From an uncultured Erysipelotrichaceae bacterium (GTDB taxonomy: Bacteria > Bacillota_I > Bacilli_A > Erysipelotrichales > Erysipelotrichaceae), in the NCBI GenBank assembly GCA_944327135.1, contig CALVGQ010000084.1, positions 2,502-66,501 on the forward strand: a stretch of DNA of 64,000 nt, given 5' to 3'. The position numbers and the translations under genes were made by a program. The notes under the pieces were generated by a model. The model was not told the DNA's origin. It saw only the letters and a list, made by a program, of their open reading frames with translations, and did no database searches. Shown one piece after another: positions 1 to 8,817 of this stretch (positions are counted from its first letter, which is position 1; every line of letters begins with the position of its first letter).

Positions 1-1
1 G

Positions 2-1066
2 CTTCAAGAAAAGTTTGTAAACAGTGAGAGTCTTTATGATGCTGGGGTAGAATTAGCCACAACGATGGAACAAAGCCGGGCAGCGATTGCTCGGCTGCTC
101 CATGTGAAGAAAGAAGAAGTGATTTTTACCAGCGGGGCTTCTGAAGCCAACAGCATGGTCATCAAAGGGATTGCCTTTGCGATGATGAAGAAAAAAAAGC
201 ATCTTATCACCACAGAAATTGAGCATTCCAGCGTCATGAATGCGATAAAGCAATTGGAAGAGGTTTTTGGTTTCGAAGTGACGCGTTTGAAAGTGAATGA
301 TCAAGGGGTGATCCGGCTTGAGGAGCTAGAAGCAGCATTACGGCCGGATACAGCGTTAGTTTCAATTATGATGGTTAATAATGAGGTAGGGTCCATCATG
401 CCAGTGGCTGCTATTGCAGAGCTTGTGAAAAAACATAGTGGTGCTTTTTTGCATATGGATGGTGTTCAGGCGTTAGGAAAAATAGATTTTGATTTGAGTC
501 AGATTGATTGTGCGACCTTTTCGGCTCATAAGATTCATGGATTAAAAGGAAGCGGTGTGTGCATTCGCAAAGCTCATGTTCCGATCGTTCCGCTAATCAA
601 TGGAGGACAACAGGAATTTCATTTGCGGGGCGGAACAGAAAATGCGTTGGTCAATATTCTTTTTGCAAAGACCCTGCGGCTGACTTTAGAAAGAGCAGAG
701 AAAACAAGGGCTCATTGCAACAAACTAAGGGAATTGCTTTGGCATCAGCTGGAGGGGCTGGATCAGATCGTCATCAACAGCCCAAAAAACGGGGTCTGTC
801 ATATCCTCAATTTTTCCTGTACCGTACTTCCTTCGGAAGTGATGATGAATGCATTGAATCAGCGAGGATTTTGTGTTTCAGCGCAGAGCACCTGCTCCAG
901 CCGTTCCCGGACTCCTTCTTATGTGCTTCTGGCGATGGGAAAGAGCGAAAAAATGGCTTTATCCAGCATTCGATGCAGCTTTTCTGCTGAAAATACAGAA
1001 GCAGAAGTATTGGCTTTTGCTGCTGCTTGTAAGGAGTGTATAGAAAAATATGGAACTGAAAACTGA
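2..1066 (+). CDS. nifZ: cysteine desulfurase (NifS/NifZ type, PLP-dependent); 5' end cut by the window edge
   Basis: The reading frame stays open back to position 2. It has class V aminotransferase motifs (FTSGASEAN, PLP-lysine context SAHKIHGLKG). It overlaps thiI by 17 nt, matching the Bacillus nifZ-thiI pair. Confidence 0.85.
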   Translation, partial: LQEKFVNSESLYDAGVELATTMEQSRAAIARLLHVKKEEVIFTSGASEANSMVIKGIAFAMMKKKKHLITTEIEHSSVMNAIKQLEEVFGFEVTRLKVNDQGVIRLEELEAALRPDTALVSIMMVNNEVGSIMPVAAIAELVKKHSGAFLHMDGVQALGKIDFDLSQIDCATFSAHKIHGLKGSGVCIRKAHVPIVPLINGGQQEFHLRGGTENALVNILFAKTLRLTLERAEKTRAHCNKLRELLWHQLEGLDQIVINSPKNGVCHILNFSCTVLPSEVMMNALNQRGFCVSAQSTCSSRSRTPSYVLLAMGKSEKMALSSIRCSFSAENTEAEVLAFAAACKECIEKYGTEN

Positions 1067-2243
1067 ACTGATTTTGATTCGTTATGGTGAGCTTTCTACT
1101 AAGGGAAAAAATCGAAAAGATTTTATCAATCGACTGACTCAGAATGTCAGAAATGCGTTGAGTGATTTTTCACAGCTGCGCTATGAAAAGACGTTTGATC
1201 GTCTGTATATCCATCTGAATGGCACTGATGAGACAGAAGTGGTGGAACGGTTAAAAAACGTTTTTGGGATCATTTCCTTTTCCTGTGCAGTTAAGATTGC
1301 TTCTGAGCTGGAGGCGATGATCGAAGCAGGTTATGCTGTTGCTCTTTCTAGCCAAGGAAAAACGTTTAAGATTGAAACTCGAAGGCATGATAAGCAATTT
1401 TTCATCACCAGTGATGAAATCAATCGGGCTGTAGCAGCAAAAATCTTAAAAAATACCGATTGGAAAGTCGATGTCCACCATCCGGATCTGAGAATTCAAA
1501 TTGAGGTTCGTCAGACGGGAACGTATGTCATGAAAGAAACGATCGCCGGAGCTGGCGGTTATCCGACGGGGATCGGAGGGAAGGCCTTGCTAATGCTTTC
1601 TGGTGGCATTGATTCTCCGGTAGCCGGATATCTCACCATGAAACGCGGCGTGGCGATTGAATGCATTCATTACGCCTCACCGCCGTATACTTCCAGCAGT
1701 GCTCAGCAGAAAGTGCTTGATCTGGCTTCCAAGATCAGTCTTTATCAGGGATCAATCAAAGTTACGATCATTCCTTTTACCGAGCTTCAGCTAGCAATCT
1801 ACGAACACTGTGATGAGAGCTATGCCATCACGATCATGCGGCGGATGATGTTCAGGATTGCTGAACGAGTGGCACAGCAGCATCATTGCTTAGCGTTGGT
1901 GACAGGGGAAAGCGTAGGTCAGGTAGCTTCGCAAACACTAGAAAGCATGAATGCGATCAACCAGGTTGTTACCCTTCCTGTGCTGCGTCCGGTTGCTTGT
2001 TTTGACAAACTGGAAATCATCAGTCTGGCTGAAAAGATCGGAACGTATGAAACTTCAATTCTTCCTTTTGAAGACTGTTGTACTATTTTCACTCCGAAAA
2101 ATCCTGTGACTCGACCATCGATTTCACATTGTGAGCGTGCTGAAAGTCGTTTTGATTTTGAGCCGTTGATTGAACGCTGCATTCGAGAAGCCCGTCAGAT
2201 TTGGGTCAAACCAGGAAGATCGCAGGAAGAGGATTTATTCTAA
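1050..2243 (+). CDS. thiI: tRNA 4-thiouridine synthase ThiI (THUMP + PP-loop ATPase)
   Basis: N-terminal IRYGELSTKGKNR and the PP-loop LSGGIDSPVAGY are present. The 397-aa length is typical. Confidence 0.92.
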   Translation: MELKTELILIRYGELSTKGKNRKDFINRLTQNVRNALSDFSQLRYEKTFDRLYIHLNGTDETEVVERLKNVFGIISFSCAVKIASELEAMIEAGYAVALSSQGKTFKIETRRHDKQFFITSDEINRAVAAKILKNTDWKVDVHHPDLRIQIEVRQTGTYVMKETIAGAGGYPTGIGGKALLMLSGGIDSPVAGYLTMKRGVAIECIHYASPPYTSSSAQQKVLDLASKISLYQGSIKVTIIPFTELQLAIYEHCDESYAITIMRRMMFRIAERVAQQHHCLALVTGESVGQVASQTLESMNAINQVVTLPVLRPVACFDKLEIISLAEKIGTYETSILPFEDCCTIFTPKNPVTRPSISHCERAESRFDFEPLIERCIREARQIWVKPGRSQEEDLF

Positions 2244-2271
2244 GCACGCTTTGCGTGCTTTTCCTTTTTTT
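2242..2271 (+). terminator. intrinsic terminator after thiI
   Basis: Stem AAGCACGC / GCGTGCTT with a 3-nt loop, followed by a T-rich tract. Confidence 0.8.
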
Positions 2272-2287
2272 GCCAGCTCATTTAGAA

Positions 2288-2316
2288 GAATGAACGTTTT
2301 TTTTAACGGCATACTA
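2288..2316 (+). promoter_or_regulatory. candidate forespore (sigma-G/F-type) promoter
   Basis: GAATG (2288-2292), a 17-nt spacer, then CATACTA (2310-2316). This fits the consensus GHATR-N17/18-CATnnTA. A GAGGTG RBS and ATG 2333 follow. Confidence 0.45.
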
Positions 2317-2332
2317 GGCCTGAGGTGAAAAA

Positions 2333-2701
2333 ATGATGGAACGAAAAAAACAGATCAATTATTCCTGCCCACCTAAGAAAAAGCCGGAAGCGGATGTTGA
2401 ATTCGCTTATGAATTGGGTGCAGAAATCATGGAGGAGGAAGTACGAAGGAAAGAAGAGTATCTGCGTCAGCAGCATCGCGGGCTGAAGATGGAGATGGGG
2501 AAGGATCCTGACTTTTCCTTGGACTGCTGTCAAAAGAAGCAACAGAGCGAAGAACGGACAGCATCAAAAAAAGATGCCGAGTTCGCAGAGGAACCTCTTT
2601 TTAATCAGCAAAATTTTTATAACCGCCAGCATTGTGCACCCAATCAACCTCATTTTACTGATTCAGTATCACAGGAAAACGGAAAAAAAGGAAAACGCTA
2701 A
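2333..2701 (+). CDS. small hydrophilic E/K/Q-rich protein of unknown function (candidate spore protein)
   Basis: 122-aa ORF with a good RBS and no TM segment. It contains duplicated EFAYE (aa 23-27) and EFAEE (aa 83-87) motifs and is flanked by terminators on both sides. Confidence 0.6.
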   Translation: MMERKKQINYSCPPKKKPEADVEFAYELGAEIMEEEVRRKEEYLRQQHRGLKMEMGKDPDFSLDCCQKKQQSEERTASKKDAEFAEEPLFNQQNFYNRQHCAPNQPHFTDSVSQENGKKGKR

Positions 2702-2721
2702 AAACAGCGTTTTCTTTTTTT
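2691..2721 (+). terminator. intrinsic terminator after the small ORF
   Basis: Stem GAAAACGCT / AGCGTTTTC followed by TTTTTTT. It overlaps the stop codon. Confidence 0.8.
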
Positions 2722-2763
2722 AGGCTTTAGAGTACAATAAGAGCTAAGAAAGTGGGGGTTACC

Positions 2764-4770
2764 ATGGAAAAAATCCAAATGAATGAATTTTATCACTACA
2801 AGTTTCTTTCCCGATTGACCGCCTCACCTAATGCGACCCGGCTGGCCTGCACGGTGAGCACGATCGATGAAAAAAATAACGGATACAAAAGCAGCATTTA
2901 CTTATATCGTGAAGATGGATTCATGAAGCTGACGGGATTGGATAAGGAAAGCTCTTTCTTATTTTTAGATGAGGATACCATTCTGTTTACAGCCGTACGG
3001 GACCCAGAAGATGAGAAGAAATTGGCTGAGGGCGAAGTACTAACCAGTTTCTATACGTTGTCTTTGACAGGAGGCGAAGCACAGAAAGCCTTTACGCTTC
3101 CGCTGAAGGTGACGGGCTATGACCGGTTAAGTGAGAACCGGCTGTTGATCAAGGCTAGTATCGATGTAGAAGCAGCAGATTATTATCGTTACAGTGAAAA
3201 GGAAAAAAAGACCTGGATTCAATCTCAGAAAGATAACGCGGATTATGAGGTCATTGATGAGATTCCATGGTGGAGCAATGGCGGGGGATTTACCAATAAG
3301 AAACGGACTAGGCTGTTTGTTTATGACCGTCAGGACGGAAGTTTGACACCGATTACAGAACCGCTGTTCAACGCAGGAAACGTGACTGTTTGTGCCAAGC
3401 GGCAGCAGGTTCTGTTTACGGGTTCGGCTTACAAACAAAAGCCGCAGTTTAAAGGGTATTTGTACTGTTATGATGATACCACTCGCTCGACAGAAATGCT
3501 GGTAGATGGAACGATGTTCCGAAATATTCGTGAACCACATTTTGTTCAAGATCAGATCGTTTTTGCAGCTAATACAGGAAAAAGGCATGGCAACAATGAA
3601 AATCCATATTTTTATACCGTGGATCTCAAAACCAAAACAATTTCCTTGCTGGCAGAATATGAGGATTCTCTGGGTAGTTCTGTGGGCTCGGATTGTCGTT
3701 ATGGGGGCGGCGAGATTACTCGTGCTCAAGAGGATAAGCTGTTTTTCTTAACAACGATTCGTAATGACTCACATTTATTTAGTGTCAATCTGAATGGAAC
3801 GATTCAAAAAGAACTTGAATTGGCCGGATCGATCGATCTGTTTGACTTGAAAGGTCAGAAGGTCTGGTTTGTCGGAATGCTGGAAGGTCGTCTTCAGGAA
3901 GTTTATGAAGCAGACCTTCAAACGCATCAGATCCGTCGGATCTCATCTTTTAATGATACAGTGCTGGAAGGAAAATATGTGGCTGTACCGAATAAAATGA
4001 CGATCGAATCACATGGTCGTGAGATTGACGGCTGGGTTTTGATGCCAAAGGATTATGATCCAGCAAAGCGGTATCCGGCAATATTGGATATTCATGGTGG
4101 ACCAAAAACGGTTTACGGTGAGGTTTTTGTTCATGAAATGCAGTACTGGGCGAATGAAGGTTATTTTGTGATGTTTTGCAACCCGGTAGGCTCCGATGGT
4201 CGTGGCAACCAATTTGCGGATATTCGGGGAAAATATGGAACAGAAGATTACGAAGATTTGATGAATTTTACAGATGCAGTCTTAAAGAAGTATCCGGCCA
4301 TCGATCCTCAACGGGTCGGAGTCACCGGAGGCAGCTATGGTGGATTTATGACAAACTGGATCATTGGTCATACGGATCGTTTTGTTTGTGCGGCAACACA
4401 GCGTTCTATTTCAAATTGGATGAGCATGTACGGCACCTGTGATATTGGATTTTATTTTGCACCGGATCAAATGGCGGCGGATCCTTTCACAGAAGAGGGT
4501 CAAAGCAAAATGTGGTGGCACTCTCCGCTCCGATATGCAAATCAGGTCAAGACGCCAACACTATTTATCCACTCCAATGAGGATTATCGCTGCTGGATCC
4601 CAGAAGGAATGCAGCTTTTCACTGCTTTGAGCGATCGCGGAATTCCTGCAAGAATGTGTTATTTTAAGGGAGAAAATCATGAGCTGAGCCGCAGCGGAAA
4701 ACCGTTGCATCGTACCCGCCGGCTCAAAGAAATTACGGACTGGATGAATCATTACTGCAAAGAAGAGTAA
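2764..4770 (+). CDS. S9 family serine peptidase (prolyl oligopeptidase / acylaminoacyl-peptidase-like)
   Basis: A beta-propeller N-terminal region is followed by an alpha/beta hydrolase C-terminus with the nucleophile motif GGSYGGFM. I chose ATG 2764, which follows an AGTGGGGG RBS; the ORF track starts at GTG 2752. Confidence 0.88.
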   Translation: MEKIQMNEFYHYKFLSRLTASPNATRLACTVSTIDEKNNGYKSSIYLYREDGFMKLTGLDKESSFLFLDEDTILFTAVRDPEDEKKLAEGEVLTSFYTLSLTGGEAQKAFTLPLKVTGYDRLSENRLLIKASIDVEAADYYRYSEKEKKTWIQSQKDNADYEVIDEIPWWSNGGGFTNKKRTRLFVYDRQDGSLTPITEPLFNAGNVTVCAKRQQVLFTGSAYKQKPQFKGYLYCYDDTTRSTEMLVDGTMFRNIREPHFVQDQIVFAANTGKRHGNNENPYFYTVDLKTKTISLLAEYEDSLGSSVGSDCRYGGGEITRAQEDKLFFLTTIRNDSHLFSVNLNGTIQKELELAGSIDLFDLKGQKVWFVGMLEGRLQEVYEADLQTHQIRRISSFNDTVLEGKYVAVPNKMTIESHGREIDGWVLMPKDYDPAKRYPAILDIHGGPKTVYGEVFVHEMQYWANEGYFVMFCNPVGSDGRGNQFADIRGKYGTEDYEDLMNFTDAVLKKYPAIDPQRVGVTGGSYGGFMTNWIIGHTDRFVCAATQRSISNWMSMYGTCDIGFYFAPDQMAADPFTEEGQSKMWWHSPLRYANQVKTPTLFIHSNEDYRCWIPEGMQLFTALSDRGIPARMCYFKGENHELSRSGKPLHRTRRLKEITDWMNHYCKEE

Positions 4771-4826
4771 GAAAAAAAAGCAACTCAGCTTTAACTAAGG
4801 CGTCTTCAAGATGCTGGAAAAATGTA

Positions 4827-4864
4827 GGTCATGTGCAATATTGTACATGACCATTTTATTTCTT
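4827..4864 (+). terminator. intrinsic terminator after the S9 peptidase gene
   Basis: Stem GGTCATGT / ACATGACC followed by ATTTTATTT. Confidence 0.65.
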
Positions 4865-4871
4865 GGTTTGA

Positions 4872-4912
4872 CAAAAAAAGTGCTTTTAAGCTCAAGTAAA
4901 GCTAAAAAGCAC
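4872..4912 (-). terminator. intrinsic terminator of the metallophosphoesterase gene
   Basis: 12-bp stem (GTGCTTTTAAGC / GCTAAAAAGCAC, one mismatch). A T-run follows on the minus strand. Confidence 0.65.
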
Positions 4913-4948
4913 CTCAAATGAAAATATTTTTCCTTTTTAATTCTCGCT

Positions 4949-5845
4949 TTACTCTGTGATCGGCAGAGCAGATGAAGAGGATTCATCTATTTTTGTGGAA
5001 CGAAGGGTATAAACGACGATTTCTGCCTCAGCTAGAAAACGCAGATCCATACGTGTTGTCCCGGTTCCGTTGGTTATATCCAAGATGGCATTATCTAGCT
5101 GATGTTTTCCGCGATAATATACTTCGGCATAAGGCACTTTGACTAAAGAACCAACGAAGGGAAAATAAATCTGTCCGCCATGACTGTGTCCTGCCAAAAA
5201 CAGATCGATCTGGGATAAAGGGCAGTTTAGAATTGTATCAGGAGTATGACAGAGGATGATTGAAAAATCTGTACTTTGGATGGAGGCAAAAGTATTCTCG
5301 ATTTCTGGATTTCCAAGCAATTCGCTATCTAAGCCTGCTAATACGATCGAGGCTCCGCTTCGGTTTCGTAGTCGGATCGTTTTGTTGGTGATGATTTCAA
5401 AATCGCCATCCGTCAAAATTTGACTGACCAGTTCTTGCGTCGTTTCGGATTCCAGGTCATGGTTGCCTAGAACGGCAAATTTTCCAAGGGGGGCCTCAAT
5501 TTCTTTTAGCTGAGCTAAGATTTGCTGCTGAATTTCTTCAGATGGAACCAGATTGGAAGGATGATCAAAAAGGTCTCCTCCAAAAAGAACGATATCTGGG
5601 CGCTGATTGTTAATGGCCTCCACCACGATCTGAAATCGTTCTTCATTAACAAAACCATTGTAATGGACATCGCTGAAAAAGACGATTCGGATGTCATTCA
5701 TTTCAGCTGGAATTTCATCAGAACGAATCATTTCCTGGCGTACCTGAATCGAACGCGGAGCAATCTTAGTCAGATGGATATAAAACATCAGTCCGGCAAG
5801 ACACAGACTGAGAAAAAGCAAAAGCAACTTTAATATTTTTTTCAT
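4949..5845 (-). CDS. membrane-anchored calcineurin-like metallophosphoesterase
   Basis: N-terminal TM helix plus the motifs FFSDVHYNG, GGDLFD, LGNHD and GHSHGG. Confidence 0.85.
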   Translation of the reverse strand: MKKILKLLLLFLSLCLAGLMFYIHLTKIAPRSIQVRQEMIRSDEIPAEMNDIRIVFFSDVHYNGFVNEERFQIVVEAINNQRPDIVLFGGDLFDHPSNLVPSEEIQQQILAQLKEIEAPLGKFAVLGNHDLESETTQELVSQILTDGDFEIITNKTIRLRNRSGASIVLAGLDSELLGNPEIENTFASIQSTDFSIILCHTPDTILNCPLSQIDLFLAGHSHGGQIYFPFVGSLVKVPYAEVYYRGKHQLDNAILDITNGTGTTRMDLRFLAEAEIVVYTLRSTKIDESSSSALPITE

Positions 5846-5970
5846 AGATTCACTTCCTTGTTCATTCTAGCATACTTCATATGGAATGTGTAGACTGGCT
5901 CTTTATCGTGAAAAAAAGAAAACGCTGATAGTTTTGATAAAAAAAGCTAAACTAAGGCTGAGGTGATGCT

Positions 5971-7119
5971 ATGACGGAACAACGAAGAAATTTTTATCTG
6001 ACTTATGCTTTTAGCTATTCCGTGGGGGCTTTAGGAACAACGCAGCTGATTCCTTATCTGAATAGTAATGGATTTGATGAGATGCAGAAAGGGGTTATTT
6101 TATCAGGAATTGCTCTGGTAGCTCTAGTCAGTCAATTTCTTTTTGGAGTTTGTTCAGATAAGTTTAAAAAAATCAAAGGGTATTATTTGGTTACTTTTAT
6201 TCTTTGCACAGGAGTCAACGTCTTTTTGCTGATGCAGGCGATTCATGAGTTTTGGATTGCTTTTATGTTGGTGGCATGGATCGGAGGAGGAGCACGCTGC
6301 TGGCAGGGAATTCTGGATACCTGGATTTTCCAGGTTGAACCGATGAAAAAAGAATATCCGCGATGCCGGGCGATTGGAGCAGTGGGATGGGCCTTGGGCA
6401 GCTGGATGGCAGCATTGCTTTTATCTTTGGCAGATTTTAAGGAAGTAGGTCTGCTGGTCGGGGGATTAGGAGGTATCGGAATCTGGTTTTCAATGCATTG
6501 TCCAGAATGCAAACGGTTTTCCAAAGCACCGATGCATTTTAGCGATCTTAAAGAGCTGGTGAAAAATCGTCCGTATCTTTGCCTGGTCGCAACACTTTTG
6601 ATCTTGTTTGCAATGGGCTGTGCGGATATTTATCTGGTTGTTGATAAAATTCTGGCTCTGGAGGGAACGAGTTTTCATGTGGGATTGAAATGGGGAATCC
6701 AATCTTTGGCTGAGGCTCCGGTGTTTCTGGCTGCCTCGAAGTTGACTCAGAAGGTGAAAAAGAGTTCCTTGCTTCTTTTTGCTTCAGCAATGTTTGGGCT
6801 TCGTTTTCTTTTATATGCCTGGATCAGCAATGTGTGGCTGTTGGTAGCGGCAGCATTGATGCAAATGATTACTTTTCCGCTGGCTATGCTTTGTTCAAAA
6901 GAGCTGATTGATACACTGTGTGATGAAAAATTAAAATCCACGGCACAGTTGGCTGCAATGAGCGTTTATATGGGAATTTCGCTGTTTGTGATGCCAATTT
7001 TATGCAACTGGCTGGCTCAGAAAACTTCCATCGATTTTGCTTTGCTTTGTGTTGCGGCGATGTCTTTTGCCGCATTGGGCTTGATGTTGCTGTTTAAAAG
7101 GTTTTCCCCTGATCAATAA
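5971..7119 (+). CDS. MFS transporter, substrate unknown
   Basis: 382 aa with about 12 hydrophobic segments in an MFS-like layout. Confidence 0.7.
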   Translation: MTEQRRNFYLTYAFSYSVGALGTTQLIPYLNSNGFDEMQKGVILSGIALVALVSQFLFGVCSDKFKKIKGYYLVTFILCTGVNVFLLMQAIHEFWIAFMLVAWIGGGARCWQGILDTWIFQVEPMKKEYPRCRAIGAVGWALGSWMAALLLSLADFKEVGLLVGGLGGIGIWFSMHCPECKRFSKAPMHFSDLKELVKNRPYLCLVATLLILFAMGCADIYLVVDKILALEGTSFHVGLKWGIQSLAEAPVFLAASKLTQKVKKSSLLLFASAMFGLRFLLYAWISNVWLLVAAALMQMITFPLAMLCSKELIDTLCDEKLKSTAQLAAMSVYMGISLFVMPILCNWLAQKTSIDFALLCVAAMSFAALGLMLLFKRFSPDQ

Positions 7120-7129
7120 AAGACAGTTT

Positions 7130-7159
7130 TTGACTCATAGAAAAATTCTGTGCTATAAT
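7130..7159 (+). promoter_or_regulatory. sigma-A promoter of the ABC-F leader
   Basis: TTGACT (7130-7135), an 18-nt spacer, then the extended -10 TGcTATAAT (7151-7159). Confidence 0.6.
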
Positions 7160-7181
7160 TTTTTAAAGAAGGAGGGAGACG

Positions 7182-7205
7182 ATGAAGAAAGCCTGCCAAA
7201 AATAA
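7182..7205 (+). CDS. 7-codon leader peptide MKKACQK
   Basis: An AAGGAGGG RBS lies 6-7 nt upstream. The ORF sits between the promoter and a terminator hairpin, directly upstream of an ARE-type ABC-F gene. Confidence 0.5.
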   Translation: MKKACQK

Positions 7206-7276
7206 GAAATGGCGCATGATTATTTTTTTAGTGCGCCGGCAGGAACACTTCTTTTTCGTGATGAGATTCAATTGAA

Positions 7277-7307
7277 AGTCCAGGAGTGGTCCTGAGACTT
7301 TTTCTTT
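7277..7307 (+). terminator. attenuator terminator in the ABC-F leader
   Basis: Stem AGTCCAGGA / TCCTG(A)GACT followed by TTTTCTTT. It ends about 16 nt before ATG 7324. An alternative pairing of 7241-7249 (CAGGAACAC) with 7286-7294 (GTGGTCCTG) could act as an antiterminator. Confidence 0.6.
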
Positions 7308-7323
7308 AAAGGGGGGAATTTTA

Positions 7324-8790
7324 ATGGCAATGATTGCTTTGGATCATGTTTATTTTGAATACAATGGATCCTCTGAACGGGTTTTTGAAGATCTTTCTTT
7401 GCGAATCGATACCGATTGGAAGACTGGTCTGATTGGCCGAAATGGACGAGGAAAAACGACTTTGTTAAAGATCTTAGCAGGGGAGCTGGAGGCTAGAGGC
7501 ACAGTGATGAAAAGTCAACCGGCTGTTTATTTTCCTACAACGGTTTTGCAAAAGAAGGTCGCGACAAGAAAATTGCTGCAATCGTTCTGTCCTATGGCAG
7601 AGGAATGGGAATTGTTGCGAGAGCTTTCTTTGCTGCATGCCAAGGAAGAAATCCTGGATCGGCCGTTTGATACCTTGAGCCAGGGAGAGAGAACCAAGGT
7701 TCAGCTAGCTGCCCTGTTCTGCCGTCCAGATGTGTATCTTTTGATTGATGAGCCGACCAATCATCTGGATATGGAATCACGGCAGATCCTAGCGAAATAT
7801 CTAAAACGAAAAAATGGATTTTTATTGGTGAGTCACGATCGGGCGTTCTTGGATCAATGTGTAGACCATATCTGTGCTTTGAACCGTTCAGGAGTGGAAA
7901 TCCAACAAGGAAATTTCAGCAGCTGGAAAAAAAATCGCGATGCCCAAAATCAATTTGAACTGCAAGAGAATGTAAAGCTAAAGAAAGAAATCGATCGACT
8001 GCAGGAATCTGCTTATCGCCAAGCAGTTTGGAGCAATCGCATCGAAGCTTCCAAGTATCATCAGGGACCGGTCGATCGAGGGTATATTGGAGCGCAATCT
8101 GCACGAATGATGAAAAGGGCCAAGAATGCAGAAAAAAGGATGAACGGAGCAATCGAACAGAAAAAAAAGCTGTTACATGATCTGGAATATGCACCGGATC
8201 TTAAATTAACGGTTCTTTCTCATCATGCTCCGGTTTTGGTCAAGGCTAAAGCTCTTGAGGTTGTTTATGACGGACGGACACTGATCGGCCCTTTGGATCT
8301 TATTCTTCAGAACCAGGAGCGTTTGGCGATCTTAGGAGCTAACGGTTCTGGAAAAAGCAGTCTGGTACGGTGCTTGTTGCAAAAAAGTGATCATTATCGA
8401 GGCCAGGTTTCATTAGCAAGCGGGCTAAAAATTTCTTGGGTCAGTCAGGATACGACCTTTCTTCAAGGATCATTGCAGGACTATACCAAACAGCGCAGGC
8501 TGGATCCAACTTTGTTTTTAACGATTCTTCGAAAGCTGGATTTTCGTCGTGAGCTGTTTGAAAGAAAAATGGAAAGCTACAGTGAAGGGCAAAAGAAAAA
8601 AGTTTTAATAGCGGCAAGTTTGGCAGAACCTGCTCATTTGCTGGTTTGGGATGAACCGTTGAATTACATTGATCTGGATTCACGAATTCAGCTGGAAAAT
8701 TTGATCTTGGCAACACCGCTGTCCATGATCTTGATTGAGCATGATCAGCAGTTTGTTGAAAAAGTGGCGACGCGTTATTTAAGATTGTGA
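7324..8790 (+). CDS. ABC-F ribosomal protection protein, Lsa family (putative lincosamide/streptogramin A/pleuromutilin resistance type)
   Basis: 488 aa with two ABC ATPase domains and no TM region. The N-terminus resembles Lsa(A) (IDTDWKTGLIGRNGRGKTTLL, LSQGERTKV, LLIDEPTNHLD, GNFSSW), and a basic interdomain linker is present. Confidence 0.85.
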   Translation: MAMIALDHVYFEYNGSSERVFEDLSLRIDTDWKTGLIGRNGRGKTTLLKILAGELEARGTVMKSQPAVYFPTTVLQKKVATRKLLQSFCPMAEEWELLRELSLLHAKEEILDRPFDTLSQGERTKVQLAALFCRPDVYLLIDEPTNHLDMESRQILAKYLKRKNGFLLVSHDRAFLDQCVDHICALNRSGVEIQQGNFSSWKKNRDAQNQFELQENVKLKKEIDRLQESAYRQAVWSNRIEASKYHQGPVDRGYIGAQSARMMKRAKNAEKRMNGAIEQKKKLLHDLEYAPDLKLTVLSHHAPVLVKAKALEVVYDGRTLIGPLDLILQNQERLAILGANGSGKSSLVRCLLQKSDHYRGQVSLASGLKISWVSQDTTFLQGSLQDYTKQRRLDPTLFLTILRKLDFRRELFERKMESYSEGQKKKVLIAASLAEPAHLLVWDEPLNYIDLDSRIQLENLILATPLSMILIEHDQQFVEKVATRYLRL

Positions 8791-8817
8791 TATAATACAG
8801 CCGTTGAGAGGAAAATC

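Noticed and set aside
5971-8790. An MFS transporter directly followed by a 488-aa ABC-F gene looked like a mef/msr-type macrolide resistance cassette.
   Set aside because: The MFS protein (382 aa) shows no resemblance to Mef(A) that I can recognise. The ABC-F N-terminus matches the Lsa family rather than Msr. The ABC-F gene has its own promoter, leader ORF and attenuator, so the two genes are not a cassette. No mobile-element genes flank them.
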